From: a virus
Lineage: Duplodnaviria; Caudoviricetes
IMG/VR virus record: IMGVR_UViG_3300037467_000444
Location: 1 to 41,971 of that record
Direction: 5' to 3' (one strand)
Length of the DNA: 41,971 nt
Shown here in pieces: positions 8,829-17,539 of this stretch. The notes below the pieces were generated by a model, which was not told the origin of the DNA, searched no databases, and saw only the letters and a list, made by a program, of their open reading frames with translations. The position numbers and the translations under genes were made by a program. Position 1 is the first letter of the stretch, and every line of letters starts with the position of its first letter.

Positions 8829-9673
8829 TCGAGGCCGAGATAAGGAAGGCTGCGGCTCGCGCGCCAAAGCAGATAGTCATACCCGGCGACCCCTCTATGG
8901 TGGAGGTGCTTGCCCTTTACGTCGAGCACTCGCGAAGCCTACGAAGCGCAGACACTTCGAAATATCACACGATGCGTCTATACCCTTGGGCTGAGAAGTA
9001 CAAGGCGAGCCAGGCGCAAGAGTTTGCCGAGCACGTTAAGCGTGACATGCAGGGCGTCTACGCGCCTGCCACCATCAACAGGTCTCTAGCTTGCGCAAAG
9101 AAGGGGCTAACTCTCGCGTGGAAGGAGCGCCGAACTCATGAGAATCATGGCCTGCGAATCGACTTCGTAGCCGTGAATAATAAGCGCGAGGTGTTTCTGA
9201 CGGTGGAGGAAGTGCGCAACATCGCGCAGTATTGCTCAGAACAGGCTCAAGCGGCGGTTTGGGCCGCACTACTGACCGGCGCAAGGCGGGGCGAAATCTT
9301 CAAGATCAAAGCCGAGCACATCGGAGAGGATACGATAACCCTGCCGGCCAGCCATACGAAGACGCAGAAGACTCGTGTTATTCCGATCATCCCCGCCCTG
9401 CGCCCCTGGTTGTGTCACTTCCCCCTCACCCTGACGGTAGAAGGCATGAAAACGTCATGGCAACGGGCGCGTGTGAAAGCTGGCATGGAGCACGTCAACT
9501 TCCATGACCTTCGCCACTCTTGTGCGAGCATTATGCTTGGCTTAGGCGTGGATCTCTACACGATCAGCAAAGTGTTAGGACATAGCACTGTGCAGACGAC
9601 GCAAAGATATGCCCATCTGCAGGTGGATGCGCAGAGAAGCGCGCTTGAGAAGCTGGGGAATTTGGTGAAGTGA
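8717..9673 (+). CDS. int: Tyrosine integrase
   Basis: TGARRGE (R), KT (K), HDLRH, LGH, RYAH catalytic motifs. Confidence 0.96.
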   Translation: MSIWDDKQGRKHVGVMVDGKRIHRILPKGTTQGEAKLIEAEIRKAAARAPKQIVIPGDPSMVEVLALYVEHSRSLRSADTSKYHTMRLYPWAEKYKASQAQEFAEHVKRDMQGVYAPATINRSLACAKKGLTLAWKERRTHENHGLRIDFVAVNNKREVFLTVEEVRNIAQYCSEQAQAAVWAALLTGARRGEIFKIKAEHIGEDTITLPASHTKTQKTRVIPIIPALRPWLCHFPLTLTVEGMKTSWQRARVKAGMEHVNFHDLRHSCASIMLGLGVDLYTISKVLGHSTVQTTQRYAHLQVDAQRSALEKLGNLVK

Positions 9674-9748
9674 TGGTGGGAAGTGCTGGTTTCGAACCAG
9701 CGACCTTCGCAGTGTGAATGCGACGCTCTACCCCTGAGCTAACCTCCC
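9674..9748 (-). tRNA. tRNA-Val(CAC), complete with CCA
   Basis: GGGAGGT-TA-GCTC AGGGGTA GAGC-G-TCGCA TTCACAC TGCGA-AGGTC-GCTGG TTCGAAA CCAGC-ACTTCCC-A-CCA. Confidence 0.95.
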
Positions 9749-9758
9749 TACTGCCGGG

Positions 9759-9930
9759 ATTACACCAGCTAATTACACAGACTGGTGCAAGTGGTTGATT
9801 TTCTTCAGATGAGTGTTGCAGTGTGAATGCAATTGATGGCATCATTACGCAGCGGTCACATAGAGAGAATGTCTGCCCAGCTTGCCACAGATTGCGGCTG
9901 ATTTGCACCAAATTACACCGAATTTACACA
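9759..9930. promoter_or_regulatory. attP: arm-type repeats, IHF site and anticodon-loop core
   Basis: ATTACAC-like repeats at 9759, 9772, 9902, 9912, 9923; IHF consensus AATCAACCACTTG (-) at 9788-9800; core TTGCA-GTGTGAA-TGCAA at 9816-9832. Confidence 0.75.
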
Positions 9931-9950
9931 AGAGCTAAAGGCGTGTCGGT

Positions 9951-10451
9951 ATGCTAGATGATGAGCAGTGGGAACGGATCGAGAATCATGAACGCTTCAG
10001 AGCTCCAACTAGGGAAATCAACCCCAAGGTAGAAGAGCGATACTTCAAATGGGAGGGCAAGAGCGAGGATCACCCTATCCCAAATGATTGGCTGCGACAT
10101 CACGCCGAGGCTTTTCATTTCAAAATTGACGAGCTATTGGCGGCCCGCAGTACAGATTTTAAGCACCTAAGCCATATCTGCGGCGTCTACATGTACTTTG
10201 AAGACGATACGTGTCTATACGTCGGAAAGTCAGTTGACGTGATGATGCGAGCCGTAGAACACTATCGTCACGGAATGCGCTGGGACAGCCATCTGTGCTT
10301 TGAAGTTCCTCCAGTTCACGTTGAGACTGTCGAGGCATATTACATACATCGCTTGCGCCCGGTCTTGAACACTAAATATCCTAGCTGCGACACCTACGGA
10401 AAAATTGTGAAGGAACTCGGCTTGGATCACCTTGCTGAATTAGTAGCCTGA
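9951..10451 (+). CDS. GIY-YIG-like nuclease-domain protein (moron next to attP)
   Basis: GVYMYF..TCLYVGKS..V..R..EH...VEAYYI...P.LN pattern. Confidence 0.7.
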   Translation: MLDDEQWERIENHERFRAPTREINPKVEERYFKWEGKSEDHPIPNDWLRHHAEAFHFKIDELLAARSTDFKHLSHICGVYMYFEDDTCLYVGKSVDVMMRAVEHYRHGMRWDSHLCFEVPPVHVETVEAYYIHRLRPVLNTKYPSCDTYGKIVKELGLDHLAELVA

Positions 10452-10729
10452 CCGCTCGGCTTTCCTGAGCACTGTTTCCTCTCCCATCGGTCCTTCTTCT
10501 TCGCATCCTCGACGGTCTGCCACTGCATATTTGCCACCTCGTCAGGACCGCCAGCGCATAGTGGTTTAACATGGTCAATGCGCCAACCAGGGCAGCGCTT
10601 CTCAGGCTTGCCGGTAGCCGGACAGGGAACGGTGGCGCGGAAGATCCTGACGGCCTTCGGGTCGCGCTTGATCCGGTCACCAGCGTGGGCGGGGAGTGCT
10701 AAGAACAGCAGGGCGATGAGCAATCTCAT
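10427..10729 (-). CDS. Signal-peptide-bearing HNH-like nuclease (100 aa)
   Basis: MRLLIALLFLALPAHA signal peptide; IDHVKPLCAGGPDEVANMQW HNH motif. Confidence 0.7.
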   Translation of the reverse strand: MRLLIALLFLALPAHAGDRIKRDPKAVRIFRATVPCPATGKPEKRCPGWRIDHVKPLCAGGPDEVANMQWQTVEDAKKKDRWERKQCSGKPSGQATNSAR

Positions 10730-10743
10730 CCGGACAGTGTACG

Positions 10744-10926
10744 CTAGTGTCCTATGTTCCAGCCATCCCAAGCCGCTTGCGCCATCTTCAAACGGTCCTC
10801 CGGCTTGGTGTACATCAGCGTTGCCCCGTGTCTGCCGCAGGAACACACTAGGCGCATGATCTGGATGCCGTACTGTTCACGCTCGGTGAGAGTGGGCGTG
10901 GAGCCGCATTTGCAGGGGCGTTTCAT
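10744..10926 (-). CDS. Small Zn-finger protein, Lar (restriction alleviation)-like
   Basis: PCKCG...CSCG...AAWDGWN. Confidence 0.5.
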   Translation of the reverse strand: MKRPCKCGSTPTLTEREQYGIQIMRLVCSCGRHGATLMYTKPEDRLKMAQAAWDGWNIGH

Positions 10927-11663
10927 AGGCTCGCGAATTTCTTGCCAGCCTTCGGGCCGATATTGCGCGTGCTACGGAACCAGCCGCCGCACTTACAGCA
11001 TTGGAACCGCTGATAGGTGCAGGACGCTGTGTACTCAAAGCCGCGCCGCTGGTAGGTGTCACTGCCGCACTTCGGGCAGATTTCAGCATCATCAGAGTGC
11101 AGGCCGGCGTTCGGTAGCCCTTTGATCCACGGTCGGATTTTGTGAAATAGGCGCTCCAGCAACCGTACGTCCTGAATGTTGTAGGAGCACATGCGCCGCC
11201 AGGCATCGTCATCACCAGCCATACATTTGATCCAAAGCTCGTGGCCTTCATGTTCAACCTTCGCGCCCAAGTCTAGCTGCTGGGCGACATAGTTCAGCTT
11301 GTTCATCGGGAAGCGGAAACGAGCCTTCACGACGCGCAGCAGGTCGATTGACTTAGACGGCGCTGGCGGCAGCAGCCCAGCCATAAGGATTTCTTTGTTC
11401 AGAGTCGGCAGATCAAACTTGTTGCCATTGTAGGTACAGATGGCATCCGCTTCCGACATCAGAGCGTGGATTTCTCGGACCATGCGGCCCTGCCCTTTGC
11501 GGATCGAGCCAAAGTACACCTCAGATTCGCCAAGCCACTTAGCCGCCCAGCAGAGCATGTAGCCCGGCTGCAGAAGCTGGCTCATACCTACGTTTTGCTG
11601 CCAGCACCCCCAAACATGAGCAAGATGCGGGGCTGTCTCTATGTCCAACAAAAGGATCTTCAA
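10923..11663 (-). CDS. RNase H-fold DEDD 3'-5' exonuclease with C-terminal Zn ribbon
   Basis: LDIET, YNGNKFDLP, YNIQDV; CPKCG..CCKCG; AGGAGG RBS before TTG. Confidence 0.85.
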   Translation of the reverse strand: MKILLLDIETAPHLAHVWGCWQQNVGMSQLLQPGYMLCWAAKWLGESEVYFGSIRKGQGRMVREIHALMSEADAICTYNGNKFDLPTLNKEILMAGLLPPAPSKSIDLLRVVKARFRFPMNKLNYVAQQLDLGAKVEHEGHELWIKCMAGDDDAWRRMCSYNIQDVRLLERLFHKIRPWIKGLPNAGLHSDDAEICPKCGSDTYQRRGFEYTASCTYQRFQCCKCGGWFRSTRNIGPKAGKKFASL

Positions 11664-11671
11664 ACAGCCTC

Positions 11672-11875
11672 CTAACTTTGCAGCCGGCGCGAGAACTCAC
11701 CGCACCATTCGTCAGTGGTTGTCACGACCTTCACACTCTGGTACGTGGTGTCCGATTCGTAGATGGCGGTAGGTGGTCTGCGCCGGCAATAGCCCGCCTC
11801 GTCGTGATCGTTCGGCTGGAAGAACTTGCAGGAGCCGCATGCTTCCGGCTCATGTTGCGGCGGTTTCTTTGGCAT
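11672..11875 (-). CDS. Small Cys-rich phage protein
   Basis: CGSCKFF..GYCRRRPP..DEWCGEF. Confidence 0.65.
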   Translation of the reverse strand: MPKKPPQHEPEACGSCKFFQPNDHDEAGYCRRRPPTAIYESDTTYQSVKVVTTTDEWCGEFSRRLQS

Positions 11876-12290
11876 CGCTTGATACCTCGTCAGGTTTGCT
11901 TGCGGTGTAGTGCGATGCGCCTCCAACACGAACGCCGGCCCACATCAGCCATCGGTACGCCGCTGGCACGCAGACGCTTTTCATCGCCTCGCGGAAGATC
12001 GCATCGGCAATCTCGCGCGGCACCAGGCCAGTGCTGTAAAGGTAGTCGTGCAACACTGCGGGCTTCGTGGCGCGACCACCGCACAGCAAATACACGACCG
12101 GCAGGCGCGGGACGCTAGCAAGGTCGGTCTGGAAGCCGACTGGAACTTCGAAGCTGCGCAGGGTCGCAAGTGGCGGCGCGGTGTACCGGGAAGCGTAGAT
12201 GAGCGGAGCGCACACCATCCATTTGCCGTCGTCCTGGTTCTCGTCGGCCTCGCGCAGATCAAGCGCGGTACGGAAGCCTGGCGTATTCAT
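11850..12290 (-). CDS. DUF1353-family protein
   Basis: VPVGFQTDLASVPR...VLHDYLY...ADAIFREAM...GVRVGG. Confidence 0.85.
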   Translation of the reverse strand: MNTPGFRTALDLREADENQDDGKWMVCAPLIYASRYTAPPLATLRSFEVPVGFQTDLASVPRLPVVYLLCGGRATKPAVLHDYLYSTGLVPREIADAIFREAMKSVCVPAAYRWLMWAGVRVGGASHYTASKPDEVSSDAKETAAT

Positions 12291-12490
12291 ACTGCTGGGT
12301 CGTTTCCCGCTTCAACCGGCGTGGCGGCAGACTGGTGCAGGCTGGCTGCGATAGCGCTGATCAGCTGTGTGCCGACCTGAATTTTTAGCGCCTCGTTCGG
12401 GTTGTTCGGATGCAGGGCGATGACGGTTTCGCCAACGGCCGGGAGGATCTTCGCCATCGCACTTATGAAGTTGTCAAAGTTAAAGCTCAT
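12287..12490 (-). CDS. Hypothetical protein in lysis region
   Basis: 67 aa, AAGGA RBS, coupled ORF. Confidence 0.7.
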   Translation of the reverse strand: MSFNFDNFISAMAKILPAVGETVIALHPNNPNEALKIQVGTQLISAIAASLHQSAATPVEAGNDPAV

Positions 12491-12864
12491 GTGTTTTCCT
12501 TTACGGAGTTAGTGAGAGAAAGCGGGCGAGATTGCATCTTGCGCCGCCAGGTGTCCGCGTCATCAGCGACGGCGGGGTTGAAACTGCGGAAGTTCCCAAG
12601 GTGCCCGACGAACAGATGGCAGTTCACCCCGCCCTTGTTGGCTTCGCATAGGGTTATTAGGTTGGCTGAGTCAAGCTCCAATGCAGGGTTCAGGTGGAAG
12701 GGCTGCTTGTGGTGCACTTCCAGTTTTTCAATCCCGCCACAGACTGCGCATTCCGGATACTGTTTTAGATGCTCGGCGCGAACGCTGGCCCAATGACCGG
12801 AGCGTGCGGTGCCGATCGGATGTTTCCCCTTTGCCGCATCAATCAAGTGTCGAACAATGCTCAT
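12487..12864 (-). CDS. HNH endonuclease
   Basis: CAVCG..LEVHH...NLITLC..NCHLFVGH. Confidence 0.85.
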   Translation of the reverse strand: MSIVRHLIDAAKGKHPIGTARSGHWASVRAEHLKQYPECAVCGGIEKLEVHHKQPFHLNPALELDSANLITLCEANKGGVNCHLFVGHLGNFRSFNPAVADDADTWRRKMQSRPLSLTNSVKENT

Positions 12865-13307
12865 GCGAGAACACCCCCTGCCTTCGTATAGGCCGCGCGA
12901 AGGTCAGCCAGCTTGTTTTCCCTCTGGCCGTAGCCAGCTCCTGGCAGCGACGCCCAAATGTTCCGGCACCGCGATACAGCTACGTCGAACCGTCCCGCCT
13001 CAATGTCAGCCAGCGCGCCGCGCTCTTTGATCTGCTGCGCGGCGATGGCATCCTGACTGGCTGGCGAGAAGTCAGGCAGCTTGAGTTGCTTCTTGTAGGC
13101 GTCGAAGTAGCGGGCCAGCAGTTGATATCGCCCCGCTGCCGTCGATGAGATACCGAGGCGCGGCAGGTCAACCGAGATACGCGGATGGTCGGCATAGCTG
13201 TAGAACAGACCGCCGCCGCACAGCACGTTGTAGCCATTCGCGCCTTTGTCGATGGTTCCCTCACTGGTCGCAATCATGTCGAGGAAGGCGCGGAGGTTAG
13301 GGTTCAA
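12861..13307 (-). CDS. Endolysin, lambda R-like lytic transglycosylase
   Basis: AFLDMIATSEG, STAAGRYQ, DFSPASQD, WASLPGAGYGQ; TTG start after AAGGAGG. Confidence 0.93.
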   Translation of the reverse strand: MNPNLRAFLDMIATSEGTIDKGANGYNVLCGGGLFYSYADHPRISVDLPRLGISSTAAGRYQLLARYFDAYKKQLKLPDFSPASQDAIAAQQIKERGALADIEAGRFDVAVSRCRNIWASLPGAGYGQRENKLADLRAAYTKAGGVLA

Positions 13308-13510
13308 ATTTCCTCCTTCGTGCTGCGCAGCCAACCCTGCACTGTTTTGGTCTCGTAAATCCGGATCAGCGTCCAGATCAAAGACGCAGCCGCCGCCATA
13401 TGGGGCAGCCAGCCGGCCAGAGTTGCCAAGGCGGTTCCTACTGATACGGCATCGGCCGCGTGCTTTGCGTGGTCTACCATCGCCCGCCTTTCGTCGGTTT
13501 TCGGTCTCAT
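13304..13510 (-). CDS. Putative holin
   Basis: Small hydrophobic ORF directly before the endolysin; charged C-terminus; second Met at codon 11 (possible dual start). Confidence 0.6.
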   Translation of the reverse strand: MRPKTDERRAMVDHAKHAADAVSVGTALATLAGWLPHMAAAASLIWTLIRIYETKTVQGWLRSTKEEI

Positions 13511-13555
13511 GATTCAGACCAGTGTGTTGTTTAAAATTGGTGCTACACTTGCAAA

Positions 13556-13633
13556 ATGCACTTCGATCCCATCATGCTCGGCATGCTCTGCGCCTTCGTT
13601 ATCAACGCCTGGTTATGGAACCGGCGTAAATAG
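13556..13633 (+). CDS. 25-aa hydrophobic peptide, probably leaderless, antisense to late operon
   Basis: MHFDPIMLGMLCAFVINAWLWNRRK; TGcTACACT extended -10 at 13541-13549, 6 nt before ATG. Confidence 0.5.
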   Translation: MHFDPIMLGMLCAFVINAWLWNRRK

Positions 13634-15829
13634 CTGGCGCTTCTTCTTCTCTTCCTCGCTGCCCTGCCCCATGAACACAGCGGGCGACAGCATCATGCTT
13701 GGCTCCTGCAGCATCGGCGCCAGCGGCTGCTGACCGCCAACCAAGGCGGCTGGGGCATTGAGCGCGTTAGTCGACTTCATGCCGATAGCGATGTTTTGCA
13801 CAGGTTCCGCAATTACCTTGCCGAACGGGATCTTCGACAGTATCGAGCTGCCGCCGATGCGATCCAGCAGGGCTGCCATACCGGTTGATGCTGTGTTGGA
13901 GTTGTTCACTGCCGATCCGACAGGCTGGAATTGCTCATAGCTAGCCACGCGACCAATCGCCTTGAGCTGGTTAATTTCGTCTTTGCTAAAGAACAGATTC
14001 AGCTTGCGGTCTCCAATCGACTGCAACGCCTTGTTGTAGAAGGACTGACTAAAATTGCCAACCTCATCCGCAGCACCATTCAGCGCTTTCTGTTTGAGGA
14101 ACGATGTAATTTGGCTCTTGACCGCTGTCATGGCATCGGGTGAGGACTTGATCGAGTTTTTCAACATCGCCACGTCCATCACATCAGCCTTTGGCCCGCC
14201 GCCGACGATGTACTGTTGTACGAACTTGTCAGGCTCGATGCCATCCCGAACCGCTTGCAAGGCCGGCGTGCGCTCGACAATCTGCATCCAGCTACGATTC
14301 ATCAAGCGTGCCTTGTTGAAGGCATCCATCGCATCTTGCCCGAGACTCGGCGCAGCCGATGCCAAACCGCCATGCGCAGTCATCTGATTGCCGCCGAAAT
14401 TGCCGGCCTGCTGATTGAGTAGAGGCGTTTCGTCAAGCGCCTGCCGAACCAGCCCGAGTGCCTTGCGAACGTTGCCATCGGTGCTGTTACGCTGGATCGA
14501 TCCAAGGTTCGTCTTGAACTGCTCGGCGATGTCTACGTTCAGTGGGATTTGGCCGCTCGCAAAACCGTTTAGCTTGTTCCTGATGTCGGGCGTCAGGAAG
14601 CTTTCGACATTTGCTTCATTGAGCAGATCGCCGGCACGCTGAGAGAAGGCGTACGGATCAAGCGGCGCGGCACGGCCTGCGCTGTCACGTGCTTTTGAGT
14701 ACAGGTCGTTGATGATCCCTTGAGCGCGCGCATTTCGGCCCGAGAGAGCGCCGATGATGTCCTGAGCGCCGCTGATCGAGTCGCCAGCCGAACCTGCGCC
14801 GAGGTCATTTAGACCATTGATGAGAACTTGATTGTTGCGGTTCTGCGTGCGCGCGAGCTGCTGCGCTGCCGCATCTTTGCTGTTCGCGCCAAGCTTGGCG
14901 AGGTTTGCTTGCTGCGTAACGGCGGCAGGATCGAGCGTTAAACGTGCTGCAGTCGGAGTGGCGCCGACAAGACGGTAATCGGCCAGGCGGCGCACAGCGT
15001 CGGGCGACAGAGTGCCGTTCAGCTTATAAGCGTCGGCCACATCGCTACGGATCCCGTTCGCGACATTCGCCGGCAGATCTCCCAAGTTGATACCCGTATC
15101 CTTGAGAGCGTTGCTGATCGTGATGTCGATCTGCTGCGGGTCGATGCCCCTTCCCATCAAGTTACGTCCGATGTTTGCTGCAGCCTGTGTGCCGTTTTTT
15201 GCCATGCCCACAGCGGCAGGTGCCGCGAGGCCGCCAGCAAGAGATGCGACGAATTGAGCCGCATTGTCGCCTCCCGTTTCGCGTGTATAGCCACCAGCAA
15301 GGCCCGATGAGCCTGCGGAAAGCAGTTGCTGCCCAGGGTTGGAAGAAATCACCTTGCCCACCTGCTGCGCAGTTCCCACGCCGTTTTTCGCCAGATTCGC
15401 ACCTGCTGCAATCGGGAGCGCGGAACCAGCGACCATGCGCGAAGCATCCCCAACGATCCGCTCAGTAGGGGTTTGTGGCTCGGGCAGATGAACAAGGTCA
15501 GCCAGTGTCTTGCCGGTATCGGCGGTCGGCTTATTGCCCAAAATCGGACTGGCAAGCGTGCGAAGCGGATTCCCGATGAACGTGTCGAACATGCCGCCAA
15601 CGCCTTCCAGCCCGTAACGTGCGGTGAGCCCAAGTTGACGCGGCATGTCTGCAATGGTGTCGCTCAAGTCCTTTCCGAATGACTTTGTTTGAGCAGGTTG
15701 ATTAACCCGTTGAACCGTGCCGACTGTTTGACCGGACGGATTCACGAGCGAGAGCAAGGGGTCTTGCCCGCTTTGCGCGTTCTGAGGCGCGGAGCCGCCA
15801 TTGAGAAGATCCAGCAGTGGATCATCCAT
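13613..15829 (-). CDS. DNA ejection/internal virion protein (P22 gp16 position)
   Basis: 738 aa, Ala/Gly/Gln-rich helical, last of three large genes after the tail genes. Confidence 0.7.
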   Translation of the reverse strand: MDDPLLDLLNGGSAPQNAQSGQDPLLSLVNPSGQTVGTVQRVNQPAQTKSFGKDLSDTIADMPRQLGLTARYGLEGVGGMFDTFIGNPLRTLASPILGNKPTADTGKTLADLVHLPEPQTPTERIVGDASRMVAGSALPIAAGANLAKNGVGTAQQVGKVISSNPGQQLLSAGSSGLAGGYTRETGGDNAAQFVASLAGGLAAPAAVGMAKNGTQAAANIGRNLMGRGIDPQQIDITISNALKDTGINLGDLPANVANGIRSDVADAYKLNGTLSPDAVRRLADYRLVGATPTAARLTLDPAAVTQQANLAKLGANSKDAAAQQLARTQNRNNQVLINGLNDLGAGSAGDSISGAQDIIGALSGRNARAQGIINDLYSKARDSAGRAAPLDPYAFSQRAGDLLNEANVESFLTPDIRNKLNGFASGQIPLNVDIAEQFKTNLGSIQRNSTDGNVRKALGLVRQALDETPLLNQQAGNFGGNQMTAHGGLASAAPSLGQDAMDAFNKARLMNRSWMQIVERTPALQAVRDGIEPDKFVQQYIVGGGPKADVMDVAMLKNSIKSSPDAMTAVKSQITSFLKQKALNGAADEVGNFSQSFYNKALQSIGDRKLNLFFSKDEINQLKAIGRVASYEQFQPVGSAVNNSNTASTGMAALLDRIGGSSILSKIPFGKVIAEPVQNIAIGMKSTNALNAPAALVGGQQPLAPMLQEPSMMLSPAVFMGQGSEEEKKKRQLFTPVP

Positions 15830-17529
15830 TACAGACCTCCGATGTTCTTAAGAGCCGTCGCCTTCATCATCAGATTGGCGTAAGCCTTCGGATCTTTGGC
15901 TCTCATGTTCGCTACGAATTGCGCCGCGCTCTGCGGGTCCATAACCTTCAATTGGAACAGTACGGGGTCAAAGTTGTTGCGCCACTGGCGCTCGAACTGG
16001 TCTTGGTTTGCTACGTTGCCGCCGTTGGCGTCCTTCCATGCCTGCATGGCATTCGCCTTGCCTTGCAATGCCAGCTCGCCAGCCTTGCCCCATTCGGCCA
16101 TCTTTTGCAGCGCCTGCGGGAACATGGTGTCGTTGGGATTGGCTTTGGTGAAGGCCTCAAGCTGCGAGTCCGTGCCCGTGCCGCCTGCTGCCTGCCAATT
16201 ACGCTGCGCGTTCTGATACATGAACTTGTTCAGTTCCTGCGCACCAACCACATCGTTTTGCCACTTCCCGGCGACAGAACTAAGTCCCGGCGTATTAGCC
16301 ACATAACCCTTGACCTTGTTAATCCATGCCTGCCCAGGACCAGATGCAACGCCATCGCGAGAAAGGCTCAAAATGTTGTCGTACACGTTGACCCGCGTTG
16401 GGCTATCAGAAGCCTGAGACACTAGGTCGTTGTATCGCTTCGCCCCGGTAGTGGCTAGCGCCGACTGAGATTCAGCCATGCCAGGAGCAAGACCCGGCGT
16501 CAGGCGCTTGTTTTGCGCCGTGGAATATGCGTCCAGAACCATCTTGGAATTGGCATTTCCAGCCGCAGCGCCGGCCCTTAGCTTTTCGAGTGCATCCAGC
16601 GAAAGTGCCCCACCAGTCCATGTAGGTGCGCCACCAGTGGCTGCATCCTTCTTATTAGTGAATACTGGCTGCGTCCCGTCATACGCCGTGATTGGCTCCA
16701 CGGAGTTCTTGCCAGCGGCCGTAGCGCGGGCCATGCCCTCGGTGACATCAGCTGCCCCCGGCAGCGCATTGACACCAACCACGTTGCCGCTTGCGTCAAA
16801 CAGCGGAGTGCCGCCATCAGGGATATGCGGGTTGTACGCGATTGGCTTCTGTGTGAACGGGTCACGGATGATCGAGCCGGGGCGAGCGTTGACCGGTGCC
16901 ACGTAGTTTTGCTTCGCCACATTCGCCTGCATGAGCTGGTTGAACAACGGCGATCCTTCAGCAATCCCTGATTGGATCAGTTGCTTAGCAAAGTCGGTAG
17001 GCTTGGACCGATCGTTCACCCATTCGCCAATTTTCGCGCCGTTGTTGAAGGCCAGATCAGCAGCGATTGCCGAGGATGGCACTCCACCGAAGCCAGCCAT
17101 ACCACCCGGAGCGGGCTGTTTAGGCGCTTGGTCGGCGGGCGCGAAGAAGCCTGGCGTGCTGATTGTGCGGCCATCGCTAGCCGTGCTGCCCATCGGGAGG
17201 GGTTGCGGAGCCGGCACAGCTTGCGTTTGAGGCGGCTGCTGACCATCGCCAAGCGCGCCCTCAAGAAAGTTGTTGATGAGGTTGTTCTTGCGCGTCGCCG
17301 CCGTCACCTGCTGGGCGAGCATATCCATCTGCATCTTCTCGCGCTGCTGCTGCAACGCTTGCTCGCGGCCTTGCTGGTAGCCCTGCACGCCAGCGCCTGC
17401 AATCTGGCCAAACGAATGCGGCATCAGCGACGGACCAGACGCCTGCAGAATCTGAGCCGCAGCGGCAAGCAGCCCCTGTTTTTGAGGATCGCTCTCGCCG
17501 CCGCCAAACATATCGAAAAGTCCCGGCAT
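15829..17529 (-). CDS. DNA ejection protein (gp20 position)
   Basis: 566 aa; MPGLFDMFG..GLLAAAAQILQ N-terminus typical of podovirus internal proteins. Confidence 0.7.
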   Translation of the reverse strand: MPGLFDMFGGGESDPQKQGLLAAAAQILQASGPSLMPHSFGQIAGAGVQGYQQGREQALQQQREKMQMDMLAQQVTAATRKNNLINNFLEGALGDGQQPPQTQAVPAPQPLPMGSTASDGRTISTPGFFAPADQAPKQPAPGGMAGFGGVPSSAIAADLAFNNGAKIGEWVNDRSKPTDFAKQLIQSGIAEGSPLFNQLMQANVAKQNYVAPVNARPGSIIRDPFTQKPIAYNPHIPDGGTPLFDASGNVVGVNALPGAADVTEGMARATAAGKNSVEPITAYDGTQPVFTNKKDAATGGAPTWTGGALSLDALEKLRAGAAAGNANSKMVLDAYSTAQNKRLTPGLAPGMAESQSALATTGAKRYNDLVSQASDSPTRVNVYDNILSLSRDGVASGPGQAWINKVKGYVANTPGLSSVAGKWQNDVVGAQELNKFMYQNAQRNWQAAGGTGTDSQLEAFTKANPNDTMFPQALQKMAEWGKAGELALQGKANAMQAWKDANGGNVANQDQFERQWRNNFDPVLFQLKVMDPQSAAQFVANMRAKDPKAYANLMMKATALKNIGGL

Positions 17530-17539
17530 TTACGTTTCC

